Source: a virus
Lineage: Duplodnaviria; Heunggongvirae; Uroviricota; Caudoviricetes
IMG/VR virus record: IMGVR_UViG_3300038379_000173
Coordinates: 128,001-167,041 of that record
Reading direction: 5' to 3' (one strand)
Length of the DNA: 39,041 nt
Below, piece by piece: positions 9,770-18,752 of the stretch. The first letter of the stretch is position 1; the number at the start of each line of letters is the position of its first letter. A program made the position numbers and the translations under genes. Under the pieces are notes generated by a model. The model had not been told where the DNA came from and did not search any database. It saw only the letters and a program-made list of their open reading frames with translations.

Positions 9770-11170
9770 TTAGTACTCGATATTTACACCAGATACGTTA
9801 TTTACGCCTAAATCAGTCAACGCATTTAAACGACAGCCAACCAGAGCACAATTTGTAGATGTGTTAAGAAAAACTAGGTTGTTGAAATTACATCCATTAA
9901 ATAATATACCAGAGCCACCTACATATGTCGTTGTTACATCAGAAAAATCACATCCATTAAAAGATGCGCCTCCAACAGAAAGAATGCCGGGAATTGGGAT
10001 TGAGGAAAGGAACGAACAATTAGAAAATTCTGAATCACCAACCTCATAATTACCACCAAGACCCCATGTGGTAATTGAACAACCAACAAATTTATTACCG
10101 CCAAGTCCAGCACTCCCGTGTGTTGAACTCAATGTGCCAATAGCACAATTTGTAAAAATACTACCATTTACTATGTTTAGAGGAGACAACGATGCTGAGT
10201 CAACGATTGGTGAAGTGCTTGACCCAACATTACCAGCCACCGAGCCAAATAAACGAGTATTCGCTAACCTCATTGTACGCAATGTCATGAGAAGTCCATT
10301 GCCACCAATCGAAGCATCATTAAAAAGTCCATCAATAGATGTAGATGCTAAATAAGTTGTATCTGAAAAAAATGGTGCGTTGTTAGCAAACGTGCCGATT
10401 AAATACATATTAACATAGAAAATTCTAGTATCAGAAGAAGAATCGCCTTTGATGAATCCCTGACAACTAGTACCGCCGCCACTAAACGTTATATTTACGT
10501 AACGATTAATACGTGAATCAGCAGGACGCAAAACGCTTGTGTTCGCATTTGGTAGTAGTATACTAACATTATTAAATGTTTGTTGACAATCTGCAATATA
10601 TCCATTTGAAACAACTTGTAAACGTAAATTATTAATTGTTAAACTAGACCCCAAAGATGTCCCATTAAACATTGATAATGCTGACCCATACTGAGCCCTT
10701 ATAACTCCTGGACCTTCAATGTAAAGTGATGCTGGTTCTGTAAGTGAAAAACGATTGCCTTGTAAATTAACAACACTATTATTAGTAAACCTCATCGTAA
10801 AATTTGATGGTAAAATAGGATTACCACTCTCAAGAGTGTTAGCTATAACAAGAACATCTGTCTTCCCGGCGGTTACAGCCGCACCAACTGAGTTATAGTC
10901 TGCAGTTACACCAGAGCCCACCGTGACTGTGTAGGATGAAATGCTATTTGTAGATGTGACGCCAGAAGACACCATTTCGGTACCATTAAAAACCCACGTG
11001 CCGCCAACTACTGGGGTGCCCGAAAGTGGATAACCGCCTATACCACTAGCATCAGTAGTGATATTGGTTTGGTCTTTAACCCTCAAAAGGTCATCGTCAT
11101 CCACCGATGTGTTAGTGGCGGGCAATTTGCCCATAAGGCGCTTCCAATTTTCTCTACTTTGTCCACTCAT
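9770..11170 (-). CDS. Beta-helix (pectin-lyase-like) virion appendage protein
   Basis: 466 aa, S/N/G/T-rich with repeated FxNC/FxGC turns; VTVGSGVTADYNSVGAAV entry motif typical of beta-helix domains. Confidence 0.6.
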   Translation of the reverse strand: MSGQSRENWKRLMGKLPATNTSVDDDDLLRVKDQTNITTDASGIGGYPLSGTPVVGGTWVFNGTEMVSSGVTSTNSISSYTVTVGSGVTADYNSVGAAVTAGKTDVLVIANTLESGNPILPSNFTMRFTNNSVVNLQGNRFSLTEPASLYIEGPGVIRAQYGSALSMFNGTSLGSSLTINNLRLQVVSNGYIADCQQTFNNVSILLPNANTSVLRPADSRINRYVNITFSGGGTSCQGFIKGDSSSDTRIFYVNMYLIGTFANNAPFFSDTTYLASTSIDGLFNDASIGGNGLLMTLRTMRLANTRLFGSVAGNVGSSTSPIVDSASLSPLNIVNGSIFTNCAIGTLSSTHGSAGLGGNKFVGCSITTWGLGGNYEVGDSEFSNCSFLSSIPIPGILSVGGASFNGCDFSDVTTTYVGGSGILFNGCNFNNLVFLNTSTNCALVGCRLNALTDLGVNNVSGVNIEY

Positions 11171-11351
11171 CGCCCACCATTTTTCGTATTATCTCATATT
11201 CTACATCTGTGAATGATATGGCCGCTCGACTTAAACAAATGGCCACGCGTTGTTCATTACTCTCGCCCTCGCCTTTGTCTGCCATAAAACGCACACAGCG
11301 CGACACAAAGGAATCTTTGTCTTCACCTTTGTGACGGGTTGGTAGTGGCAT
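11154..11351 (-). CDS. Small conserved-type phage protein
   Basis: MPLPTRHKGEDKDSFVSRCV...QRVAICLS; overlaps both neighbours; GGCGAG RBS. Confidence 0.65.
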   Translation of the reverse strand: MPLPTRHKGEDKDSFVSRCVRFMADKGEGESNEQRVAICLSRAAISFTDVEYEIIRKMVGDEWTK

Positions 11352-11748
11352 TGGCTCGCCTCTCTCTTATATCCTTACGATATATTGTCCATGGAGGCCC
11401 TGGGTCTTCAACTCTTAGTGTTCGTGAGTCTCGACCAACGTCAACTTCGTGGATTAAGGCGCGTTCACCTTGAACATATCCGCCGCAGATTTTAAGTGAG
11501 CTATAACCAGGTGATAATTTAGCTCTCTTTTTGTGTACATAGCCTTCCTGGCCACTAGGCATTTTAATCTCAAGGTGACCGATACGCAGCTTCATGCCAA
11601 CGATTGATAAATCGTTCTCAATACAGTAGGTGCGCAAACGCTCCCATGCCGCTAACTCGCCAGGAGGTCGGTCTTCATACACGACTTGTCCATTAGAGAG
11701 AGTTACAATCCAACCGTCCCTAACGTTGTTATCTTCGAAGCAAAGCAT
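11323..11748 (-). CDS. Hypothetical protein
   Basis: 141 aa ORF in operon with AGGAG upstream. Confidence 0.7.
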   Translation of the reverse strand: MLCFEDNNVRDGWIVTLSNGQVVYEDRPPGELAAWERLRTYCIENDLSIVGMKLRIGHLEIKMPSGQEGYVHKKRAKLSPGYSSLKICGGYVQGERALIHEVDVGRDSRTLRVEDPGPPWTIYRKDIRERRANATTNPSQR

Positions 11749-11764
11749 TGATGTTTAAAAACTC

Positions 11765-12358
11765 CTAGATAAACTCAATAGAGAAATAGAAAGCAAATTG
11801 TGTTTTTTCGCCAACTGAATCAGGCGACGCACTTAACGCCACAAAGAAATCATGTTGAGTTGCTGGCAATGAGCGGTCATCAAATTCTAACACACTACCG
11901 CTACCATAAATTTCAGTCCAGGCACTATCGCCAGAGCCGCGAACACTTGGACTTTCTTTACGAATTTCAGCAGCGTAAACTGTTACACCGGAGGGAGGAT
12001 TGTCAATATCGTCCTTATCATATGTTCGTAATTCGGCATTTTGTGTACCAACAGCACTATCAACATTAAGGCGGATTTTAAGCGTCGCTTCGTCATTATT
12101 AACTTCGCGAAGTTCAGTTGCAGTTACTTCTCCAGCTACATACGCGCCAGTGGCATTGGCCCAACGCAAGTTTGGTAGAGCCCCGCCATCAGTCTGACCA
12201 TCTTCAGTAGTGCGATAAGTCGTTTCATTAAACTCGCCAACCCGAATTGAGAACCCAAATGAACCGCCATAAAAACCAGCGGTATTAAAGCCGCCAGAAG
12301 CAGCCGGAAGTATTTCCGGAGAACCATCGCCAGCGAACCATCTTAGAGTTGTTGCCAT
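11765..12358 (-). CDS. Probable virion structural protein
   Basis: 197 aa, acidic, G/A/S/T-rich and beta-type; AAGGGA RBS. Confidence 0.55.
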   Translation of the reverse strand: MATTLRWFAGDGSPEILPAASGGFNTAGFYGGSFGFSIRVGEFNETTYRTTEDGQTDGGALPNLRWANATGAYVAGEVTATELREVNNDEATLKIRLNVDSAVGTQNAELRTYDKDDIDNPPSGVTVYAAEIRKESPSVRGSGDSAWTEIYGSGSVLEFDDRSLPATQHDFFVALSASPDSVGEKTQFAFYFSIEFI

Positions 12359-12359
12359 A

Positions 12360-12947
12360 TTAATCCCTTAATTCTTCTAGGGTATTTGTAACGTACTGAC
12401 GAACTTTTCTCCGCTCTTTGGCTGGCACTGCCTTAGCCCCACCCTCTAACATAATGAGCAAATTTTCCACAATGCCTTCCGGGGCGTTTTCTACCAAGAA
12501 ACGCTCTAAATCATTATACTCCATTTTAGCATCAAATGAACACGCATCTATACTATCGCCAATGACACTAAGTTGCTCAGCGTGCACTATGCCAAGGCGC
12601 ACTTTAATGCGTCGCTGAAATTCAAGCCACGTTGAGCGTATATGTTGGGCTTCTGGAGAATCGTCTAGCGCATCAAGTAATTCGAATTGTTTTCTATAAG
12701 GGCTGGCTGTCCTGACGTAATTGTCTCGTTTTAGATTACGTAGACCATTATCAATACAAGTACCGAGAAAGTTTTTAAGCTTCTCTGTACCGAATTGGGC
12801 TTCATTAAATTTTGGAAGAACTTTGAAGGCTATTGTTCGTATTTCTTGTGCAATGTCGGCCGGCTCATAAAACCCGAAGGAAAACTGTCTACTTTTAACC
12901 TTTACGAATTCCTCTACCAGTCCTTCTATGTCTGCATACGTCAACAT
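12360..12947 (-). CDS. Sigma-70-like RNA polymerase sigma factor (probable late sigma)
   Basis: Region-2-like YEPADIAQEIRTIAFKVLPKF...LKNFLGTCIDNGLRNLKRD; immediately upstream of the structural genes. Confidence 0.65.
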   Translation of the reverse strand: MLTYADIEGLVEEFVKVKSRQFSFGFYEPADIAQEIRTIAFKVLPKFNEAQFGTEKLKNFLGTCIDNGLRNLKRDNYVRTASPYRKQFELLDALDDSPEAQHIRSTWLEFQRRIKVRLGIVHAEQLSVIGDSIDACSFDAKMEYNDLERFLVENAPEGIVENLLIMLEGGAKAVPAKERRKVRQYVTNTLEELRD

Positions 12948-13093
12948 TATTCGCCCCCGTCTGAGAAAAACCCTAAAGTGTGCTGCAAAATGGCTACATT
13001 ATGGTCTGCGACCGGCTCAACTTCTTCTGGTAGCTCATCTTGGGCCGCAACAGCCTTTAATATTACCGTAAGCTCAATTGGATTAGGACTCAT
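12947..13093 (-). CDS. Small hypothetical protein (48 aa)
   Basis: Hand translation MSPNPIELTVILKAVAAQ...; GAGGTG RBS; TAATG coupling to the sigma gene. Confidence 0.55.
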   Translation of the reverse strand: MSPNPIELTVILKAVAAQDELPEEVEPVADHNVAILQHTLGFFSDGGE

Positions 13094-13271
13094 TTTTCAC
13101 CTCTTTAATATTGCCGCCACACCCGATAGGTACAGCGTCGCCATTTTCATTGACATGACACCCAACAACCGCTCCACATGTCATAGCTGGTCGAACCATA
13201 TGAGGGGCGGCCACAAAGGACCACGAGCATTTATCACATTGGAAGATTAACATGTCGTTCATATCGCACAC
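13083..13271 (-). CDS. Small Cys-rich (zinc-ribbon-like) protein
   Basis: CDKC...C...C...CGG; fills the gap after nrdJ. Confidence 0.5.
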   Translation of the reverse strand: MCDMNDMLIFQCDKCSWSFVAAPHMVRPAMTCGAVVGCHVNENGDAVPIGCGGNIKEVKNES

Positions 13272-15412
13272 GTGTCATTGGAGCAAAATTTCTCGCCACT
13301 TATTGGTGATGTCTCTATAAGATGAACTGGTCCTAGACTGGCAGAATATTTTTCATATTCATCTTTGGTACATTCTATGTATGGTGCTTGGTGATAATGG
13401 TGATTGGTCAGCGGCAGAAATGATAGAGTTTTAACATAAGGAGCGAAATATTCTATGGCATCCTTAAGTTGACTCTTTTCCTCATCTTTAACTGTAACTG
13501 TACATGATACAGCATTATCACTCCAGTAATATTGTATCTCGCGCACTAAACATAGTTGTTCCCATAGGGTCACATCAAATTTGGACTTTGTGAAGTTTTT
13601 CTCTTGGACCGGGAAATAAACAACAAGAGTAACTCCACGTTTACCTAGTTCATTAATCAATGAAAGTGGTGATGCTCCAAATGCTTCGTCATCTATTTTA
13701 TAGATATTATCTAATTGTATATCTGACAATCCAGTCAACTTAGCGTTATCAGTAAATGCCACCTCTATACGATATCCAGCCATATATAATGGTACAATAA
13801 GTGGACTATTTGCAGCAATACGAACAGTGCGCAAATAATACTCACTATGAGTCCAATGAATTCCGGGTGTTGCCCCGGCTAGTAAAGACACCGTGCCAGA
13901 TGGTTTTAGAGTTGTGAGTCTGATGCTACGTGGTACACAAAGCCATTTAGAATAAACTCTATCCCAACTACGAATTACTTTGTAGCCCTCATCACAAAAA
14001 TCCTTAAAAAACACACCACGGCCAAATTTTTTAATAGCTTGTTGTATACCTGTCATACTACACCCAATGCGCCTATTTCGCATCATAATAGCGTTAGTAC
14101 GTTCATTGTGGGTAGGTAACAAAGTCATCGTTTTCCCGTATAAAAATGCTATCTTAAGTGTTCGCTTATAGTCTTCTGCACTATCATGTTTTGCAGGGTA
14201 AGTCTCTACTAAACAGCACAATTCTCCGTCAAGTAGAATCTGCTCCGAACACGGATTTATTCCTTCTCCTTCGTCGTATCTGTCATCTTCAAAAGGAATC
14301 CAACCGTCTTTAACTCTACCGTAATGATGACAATTTGCTGTAAAGGCAAGTCCGGGTTCACCATTAATACCAGCGTGCTCTGCCATAAAAGTAAAGTCAT
14401 CTAGTGGGTCAGCATCTACAGTGTGGTTGGCCGCCCAACGTCTATCCTGTAATTCAGGACCAAATTTAACCGGGTCTTTCATTGTAATAAATTCTTTGGA
14501 TGAGAGTTTTCCTTTGGACAGAAGTGCTGAACGTCGAATGTTTCCAGCTACAACGCATTTAGCCTCGAAGTCCATAAGGTCTGTGATGCCAACGTCTGTG
14601 ATAGGCAGACCATCAAAACTATCTAGTAATGCACGTGTTGACTTATGAAGTTCAATGAGAGGCTCTGGACCAGATGCAGTACCACCAAATCCTCTGATTG
14701 GTAAACCACGCTTGCGTATCTTTGAATAATCAAACTCAACAACATTGCCACCGCCATGATATGAGTTGATAAGAAGTCGTTGCGATTCAACCCATCCTTC
14801 ACGACTATCAGGAATAACAAATATCACTGGCGTTTTTGTTGGCTTTTTTATTACTACTTTTTCGTGTCCCAGTGTATCAAATCCGATACCAACTCCGAGC
14901 ATCAGCATGTCCATTGCCCATGCAAAAGGCTCGGCTAATTCTATAGAGATATCTTTTGAGCTTCTAAACCCGCAATTCATAACAGCAGCACCTAGGCAAC
15001 GTTCCATTACAGGTGTTCCAACAATCCACATACCGCGCCCAGGCGGTGTCCATTTAAATTCCCACATTCTCCTGTAAAATTCCTGTGCTGTTTTTTGTGC
15101 GCGTGCGTTATTCCATGGTAGTTTATTTACCTCACAATGCCGCCGCTGTATCTCAAATACGCCCTCAGTAACCCTCTTACAAACATCGTAGTATTCTTCT
15201 TGGGTGGGGATAACATCGACCTTACACGCCCTACAAGGATTAATATCTTTTGAGATGTCTTCGGCGTAATAATGCGGGTCGCAAACATTGCACTGCGGAC
15301 ACTTTGTGCGCGCATAGGTACGCTTAAAAGTAATGTAGGACAGGACCCCAAAGCCCCAGGCTGGCTGTTGACCTTCGTAGGTTGCCAAAAACTTTGGTGC
15401 TAGCTTAAACAT
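13259..15412 (-). CDS. nrdJ: Class II (B12-dependent) ribonucleotide reductase, monomeric RTPR type
   Basis: PPGRG, MLGVGIGFD, VVAGNIRRSA, catalytic NPCSEQ, TTLKPSGTVSLLAG, C-terminal CSNDTC redox pair; start placed at ATG 15412 after GGGAG. Confidence 0.92.
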   Translation of the reverse strand: MFKLAPKFLATYEGQQPAWGFGVLSYITFKRTYARTKCPQCNVCDPHYYAEDISKDINPCRACKVDVIPTQEEYYDVCKRVTEGVFEIQRRHCEVNKLPWNNARAQKTAQEFYRRMWEFKWTPPGRGMWIVGTPVMERCLGAAVMNCGFRSSKDISIELAEPFAWAMDMLMLGVGIGFDTLGHEKVVIKKPTKTPVIFVIPDSREGWVESQRLLINSYHGGGNVVEFDYSKIRKRGLPIRGFGGTASGPEPLIELHKSTRALLDSFDGLPITDVGITDLMDFEAKCVVAGNIRRSALLSKGKLSSKEFITMKDPVKFGPELQDRRWAANHTVDADPLDDFTFMAEHAGINGEPGLAFTANCHHYGRVKDGWIPFEDDRYDEGEGINPCSEQILLDGELCCLVETYPAKHDSAEDYKRTLKIAFLYGKTMTLLPTHNERTNAIMMRNRRIGCSMTGIQQAIKKFGRGVFFKDFCDEGYKVIRSWDRVYSKWLCVPRSIRLTTLKPSGTVSLLAGATPGIHWTHSEYYLRTVRIAANSPLIVPLYMAGYRIEVAFTDNAKLTGLSDIQLDNIYKIDDEAFGASPLSLINELGKRGVTLVVYFPVQEKNFTKSKFDVTLWEQLCLVREIQYYWSDNAVSCTVTVKDEEKSQLKDAIEYFAPYVKTLSFLPLTNHHYHQAPYIECTKDEYEKYSASLGPVHLIETSPISGEKFCSNDTCAI

Positions 15413-15494
15413 ACAAAACTCCCATGAGATATTCCGCGCTACCGCGCGGGCCACTTTGTGGCAGAACTAATAGAGATATATACGCTGGGCCACC

Positions 15495-15863
15495 CTACTC
15501 TATGAGGCCCCGTAGGTCTACATCGCCAGCGTCATTCAAAATGTCTTCAAAAAAGTCGTCAAAGGATGTGTAGGAAGCATTATATAGGGCGCGCAACATT
15601 CCACGGATATTTTTGATAGCTAGCGGAAAGCATTCCATGGCACCATCTTCGGGCGCCCAAAGTTCGGCCAGATAACACTCTGGTATACAATAGATAACAA
15701 TATAGTCGCGGCCATTCGTAAACCAAAAAGAAACTGTGTCGCCAGAGGTCGAGGCGCGTGGGCGCCCTGCGTGGAGTTCAATACGGGCTGCACATTCAGC
15801 GAGAGTTAGGGCCCTACGTGCCGTTTTGATACTTATATGCTCATGCACATCGAACCCCGACAT
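15495..15863 (-). CDS. Hypothetical protein
   Basis: ORF track; start trimmed to the ATG after a G-run RBS (MSGFDVHEH...). Confidence 0.6.
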   Translation of the reverse strand: MSGFDVHEHISIKTARRALTLAECAARIELHAGRPRASTSGDTVSFWFTNGRDYIVIYCIPECYLAELWAPEDGAMECFPLAIKNIRGMLRALYNASYTSFDDFFEDILNDAGDVDLRGLIE

Positions 15864-16246
15864 AATATACCCCCCGGGAAAGACACAGAAGAGACCCTCG
15901 CTTCGCTTCGGGTTATTCGTACATACTCTACCATATGGCCCCATATGTATTTAGATGCCCGCGGGGATTTTTTGTCAACAGGTGACTTTTAATGGTCGCC
16001 GCCCTCTATGATTAGTAGGAGGACGAGGGGTATGATTAAGGTGGAGATGGTCTGGCGCTCCGACGTAAAATTAGTCCAAATGGGCGGCCACTTAGTCTCG
16101 CGGACTTTTATTCAACGCCACTGGAGATTTTTAAAGCAGTGAGGCGGGCATGGAAGCGGTGTTGGACACACTATTTAGCACCCTTTATGTTGCTATGGTT
16201 GTTGGTGTGTGTTACTTCGCCATTTTTGTTTTGCCGGAGGACAGAA

Positions 16247-16738
16247 ATGATTAGATATGTTAGCCAGCCAAACGATTGGACATGTGGACCAACGGCGGCA
16301 GTTAATGCCCTTAAGTGGGCCGGCAAAAAATGTAATGGGCGCGAAGAAATTAGGAAGATGATAGGCTACACAAGATGTTGCGCTGTCCATGGAACATTTG
16401 ATGAGGACTTATTAGAGACACTTAAGGTCGAGGGGAAGGGCCTTTTAACCTATAGTGTGGTCGAGCGACCCAGTTTGGACGCCATAGAGAGACATTTAGC
16501 GCGCGGCGGGGCTATAATTGGGTCCTTTAGCTTCCCGCACATAAAGCGGGACGGCGAGCATTATGCCCTTATTGTGGACATGATGGAGGAGGGCGACTAT
16601 TTCCTCTGTGTGAACTTGCAATATGGCGGGGACACTTGTGAGTGGGTCAGCCGTAGGGTGTTTAAGAAATTGTTTCTGAGGCGTAAGCCAACCGATACAT
16701 TTGTTTTTTTGTTTAAGGATAGATATGAGCGATACTAA
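16247..16738 (+). CDS. Papain-like cysteine peptidase (C39-like)
   Basis: QPNDWTCGPTA nucleophile motif, HYALIVD, CVN; ATG 16247 after GGAGG. Confidence 0.75.
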   Translation: MIRYVSQPNDWTCGPTAAVNALKWAGKKCNGREEIRKMIGYTRCCAVHGTFDEDLLETLKVEGKGLLTYSVVERPSLDAIERHLARGGAIIGSFSFPHIKRDGEHYALIVDMMEEGDYFLCVNLQYGGDTCEWVSRRVFKKLFLRRKPTDTFVFLFKDRYERY

Positions 16739-17054
16739 ACAACTTTGGTCTAGCGGCCCAATTAACTTCATTGATAATGCCAAGGTAGACAATGGCGCGA
16801 GAGGTCATGCGAAGAAACTTATTGCGGCCATGATGGCAATCTGGCCTGAGTTACCAGAGCCAATAGTTGGTATTGGGCCTGATGATGATATGATTGGGTT
16901 AACGTGGTCGTTGGGCGATGAGCATGTAAACGTGGAGGTTTGGAGCGACCGTATTGAGGTTTACTATACAGATAATTGGGGACCTAGTCGGCTCGAGGTA
17001 GATTTAGATATTGCGGGGACTCTTGTGGTATTGAAAGATGTGTTCGGCGGTTAA
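16725..17054 (+). CDS. Hypothetical protein
   Basis: AAGGA RBS, overlaps upstream gene. Confidence 0.65.
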   Translation: MSDTKQLWSSGPINFIDNAKVDNGARGHAKKLIAAMMAIWPELPEPIVGIGPDDDMIGLTWSLGDEHVNVEVWSDRIEVYYTDNWGPSRLEVDLDIAGTLVVLKDVFGG

Positions 17055-17060
17055 CTTCAC

Positions 17061-17582
17061 ATGGAACATGACATTGTGTATGCAGACCCTTCCTGGAAAT
17101 ACTCATTTAGCAAAAGCACTTCGCGTAGCATAGAAAACCATTACCCCACTATGGATTTGGCCGCAATAAAGACGTTGGGCAGCAAATTGCCAATGAAGCA
17201 CGATAGCCTGTTGTTGTTATGGGCCACTGCTCCCAAGCTGCCGCAGGCGCTAGAAGTTATGGCCGCCTGGGGCTTTGAATATAAAAGTTGTGCAGTTTGG
17301 GATAAGGTCTTAATGGGCATGGGATATTGGTGGAGGGGCCAGCACGAATTATTGTTAGTCGGCACTCGCGGGAGGTTCAAGCCGCCCAAACCAAGCGGCC
17401 GGGCCGCCAGTGTTATTAAGGAAAGAAGAGGGAGACATAGTGCTAAACCTTTGGTGGTCTACGAATGGATTGAGAAAAATTGGCCACCTGAACAATGGTC
17501 ACTCTTGGAATTGTTTGCGCGGCAAAAGCGACCTAGTTGGTCGGCCTGGGGCAACGAAGTTGATTGCGATGTGTCGTTATGA
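17061..17582 (+). CDS. MT-A70-family N6-adenine methyltransferase
   Basis: DIVYADPSW, HYPTM, LLLWAT, AWGFEYK, HELLLVGTRG, HSAKP, LELFAR, WGNE. Confidence 0.9.
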   Translation: MEHDIVYADPSWKYSFSKSTSRSIENHYPTMDLAAIKTLGSKLPMKHDSLLLLWATAPKLPQALEVMAAWGFEYKSCAVWDKVLMGMGYWWRGQHELLLVGTRGRFKPPKPSGRAASVIKERRGRHSAKPLVVYEWIEKNWPPEQWSLLELFARQKRPSWSAWGNEVDCDVSL

Positions 17583-17863
17583 TTAATTTAAATGTCTCCT
17601 ATTGCGACATACCACCTAGCGAGTTAGCCATTAAAATTGCTTCACAAATAGAAATGGCAAGGCCCGCTGACTTACCATCCAAAGTGATGGCCTGTGTGGA
17701 TGGCGGCGTTGGATGGTGTTTTGGTAATTGCTCCTCATTGGAGGTTGATAATGACGGAGAGATTTCAGTGGTAGTTACGCTCCCCGATGGGAATGTGAGG
17801 GCATGGGCAGTAACCATGGATAGTTTGCCGTGGGCGGATATACGTAGGAGTGTTTGTCAATGA
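17579..17863 (+). CDS. Hypothetical protein
   Basis: ATGA coupling with the methyltransferase gene. Confidence 0.6.
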   Translation: MINLNVSYCDIPPSELAIKIASQIEMARPADLPSKVMACVDGGVGWCFGNCSSLEVDNDGEISVVVTLPDGNVRAWAVTMDSLPWADIRRSVCQ

Positions 17864-18081
17864 TATCAACAGAATATTTTATATACTATGAAAGTGACGA
17901 TAGACCTATTGCGACCACTCACTCTTCTGATGTTTTTAGGGTTGTACAAAGTGATTTTCAAAGATATTTAGAAAGATTGCGCCAACAATTTCCAGAGATG
18001 AAATTCAAAGACCTATTGGTGGTCTATCCTGGAGATGTTATACCAGAGGCTATGGAAAAGTATTTTAGGCGGTTTTATTGA
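17860..18081 (+). CDS. Hypothetical protein
   Basis: AGGAG RBS, ATGA coupling. Confidence 0.6.
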   Translation: MISTEYFIYYESDDRPIATTHSSDVFRVVQSDFQRYLERLRQQFPEMKFKDLLVVYPGDVIPEAMEKYFRRFY

Positions 18082-18089
18082 GGTGGAAC

Positions 18090-18752
18090 ATGGCTGGGAG
18101 TTTAGTGTGGTCTCCAAAAGAAATAACTATGTTGCCAATACAATACAAAGTAGCCAAAGAGTTTTTCACATTATGGCACTATTCTAAAACATGTCCAAAG
18201 AGTGATAGTATACGGTTGGGGTTCTATCGTGATGAGAGTTTGGTCGGTGTAGTTACTTTTGGCCGTGGAACAAATCAGTGGATTGGTAAGGCATTGTTTA
18301 AGTCAGATTCAAAACTTTGGGATGTTATAGAGCTGACTAGATGTGCAGCGGCTGGACATATGGGTAAGAATTTTACGTCACACATAGTGGCGAGCGCACT
18401 TAGAATAATAGAGACCGATGTGGTTGTCTCTTATGCGGATAGCAATTGGGGCCACATCGGGACCATATATCAGGCTACTAATTTTCTGTATACCGGAATG
18501 ACTTGTGCGGACTACTGTTATCAAAGTCCAGATGGACACTTAGTACACAAAAGTAAATTTAGAAAAAGAGGGCGGTCGCAAAGTGAGAAAGAGTTAGCTG
18601 CTGCGGCTGGGTATCAAAGAGTCACTTTGAAAGGTAAACATCGTTATATCTATGTGGTAAACAAAAAAGAGAGGAAGGCTATTGTTGGCGGATTGAGGTG
18701 GAAGGTCTGTGAATTTCCGAAGAAGGCGCAAGGGTTACCGCAAAACTTTTAA
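18090..18752 (+). CDS. Mom-like GNAT-fold DNA adenine modification protein
   Basis: WHYS, LVGVVTFG, IELTR, VVSYADSNWGHIGTIYQATNFLYTG, KHRYIY match the Mu Mom family pattern. Confidence 0.8.
   Translation: MAGSLVWSPKEITMLPIQYKVAKEFFTLWHYSKTCPKSDSIRLGFYRDESLVGVVTFGRGTNQWIGKALFKSDSKLWDVIELTRCAAAGHMGKNFTSHIVASALRIIETDVVVSYADSNWGHIGTIYQATNFLYTGMTCADYCYQSPDGHLVHKSKFRKRGRSQSEKELAAAAGYQRVTLKGKHRYIYVVNKKERKAIVGGLRWKVCEFPKKAQGLPQNF

Noticed and set aside
75-15954. Plus-strand ORFs of the track within the left arm, and ORF 222-464 on the minus strand
   Set aside because: Shadows of well-supported minus-strand genes, without RBS or motifs; 222-464 overlaps the better 1-394 frame
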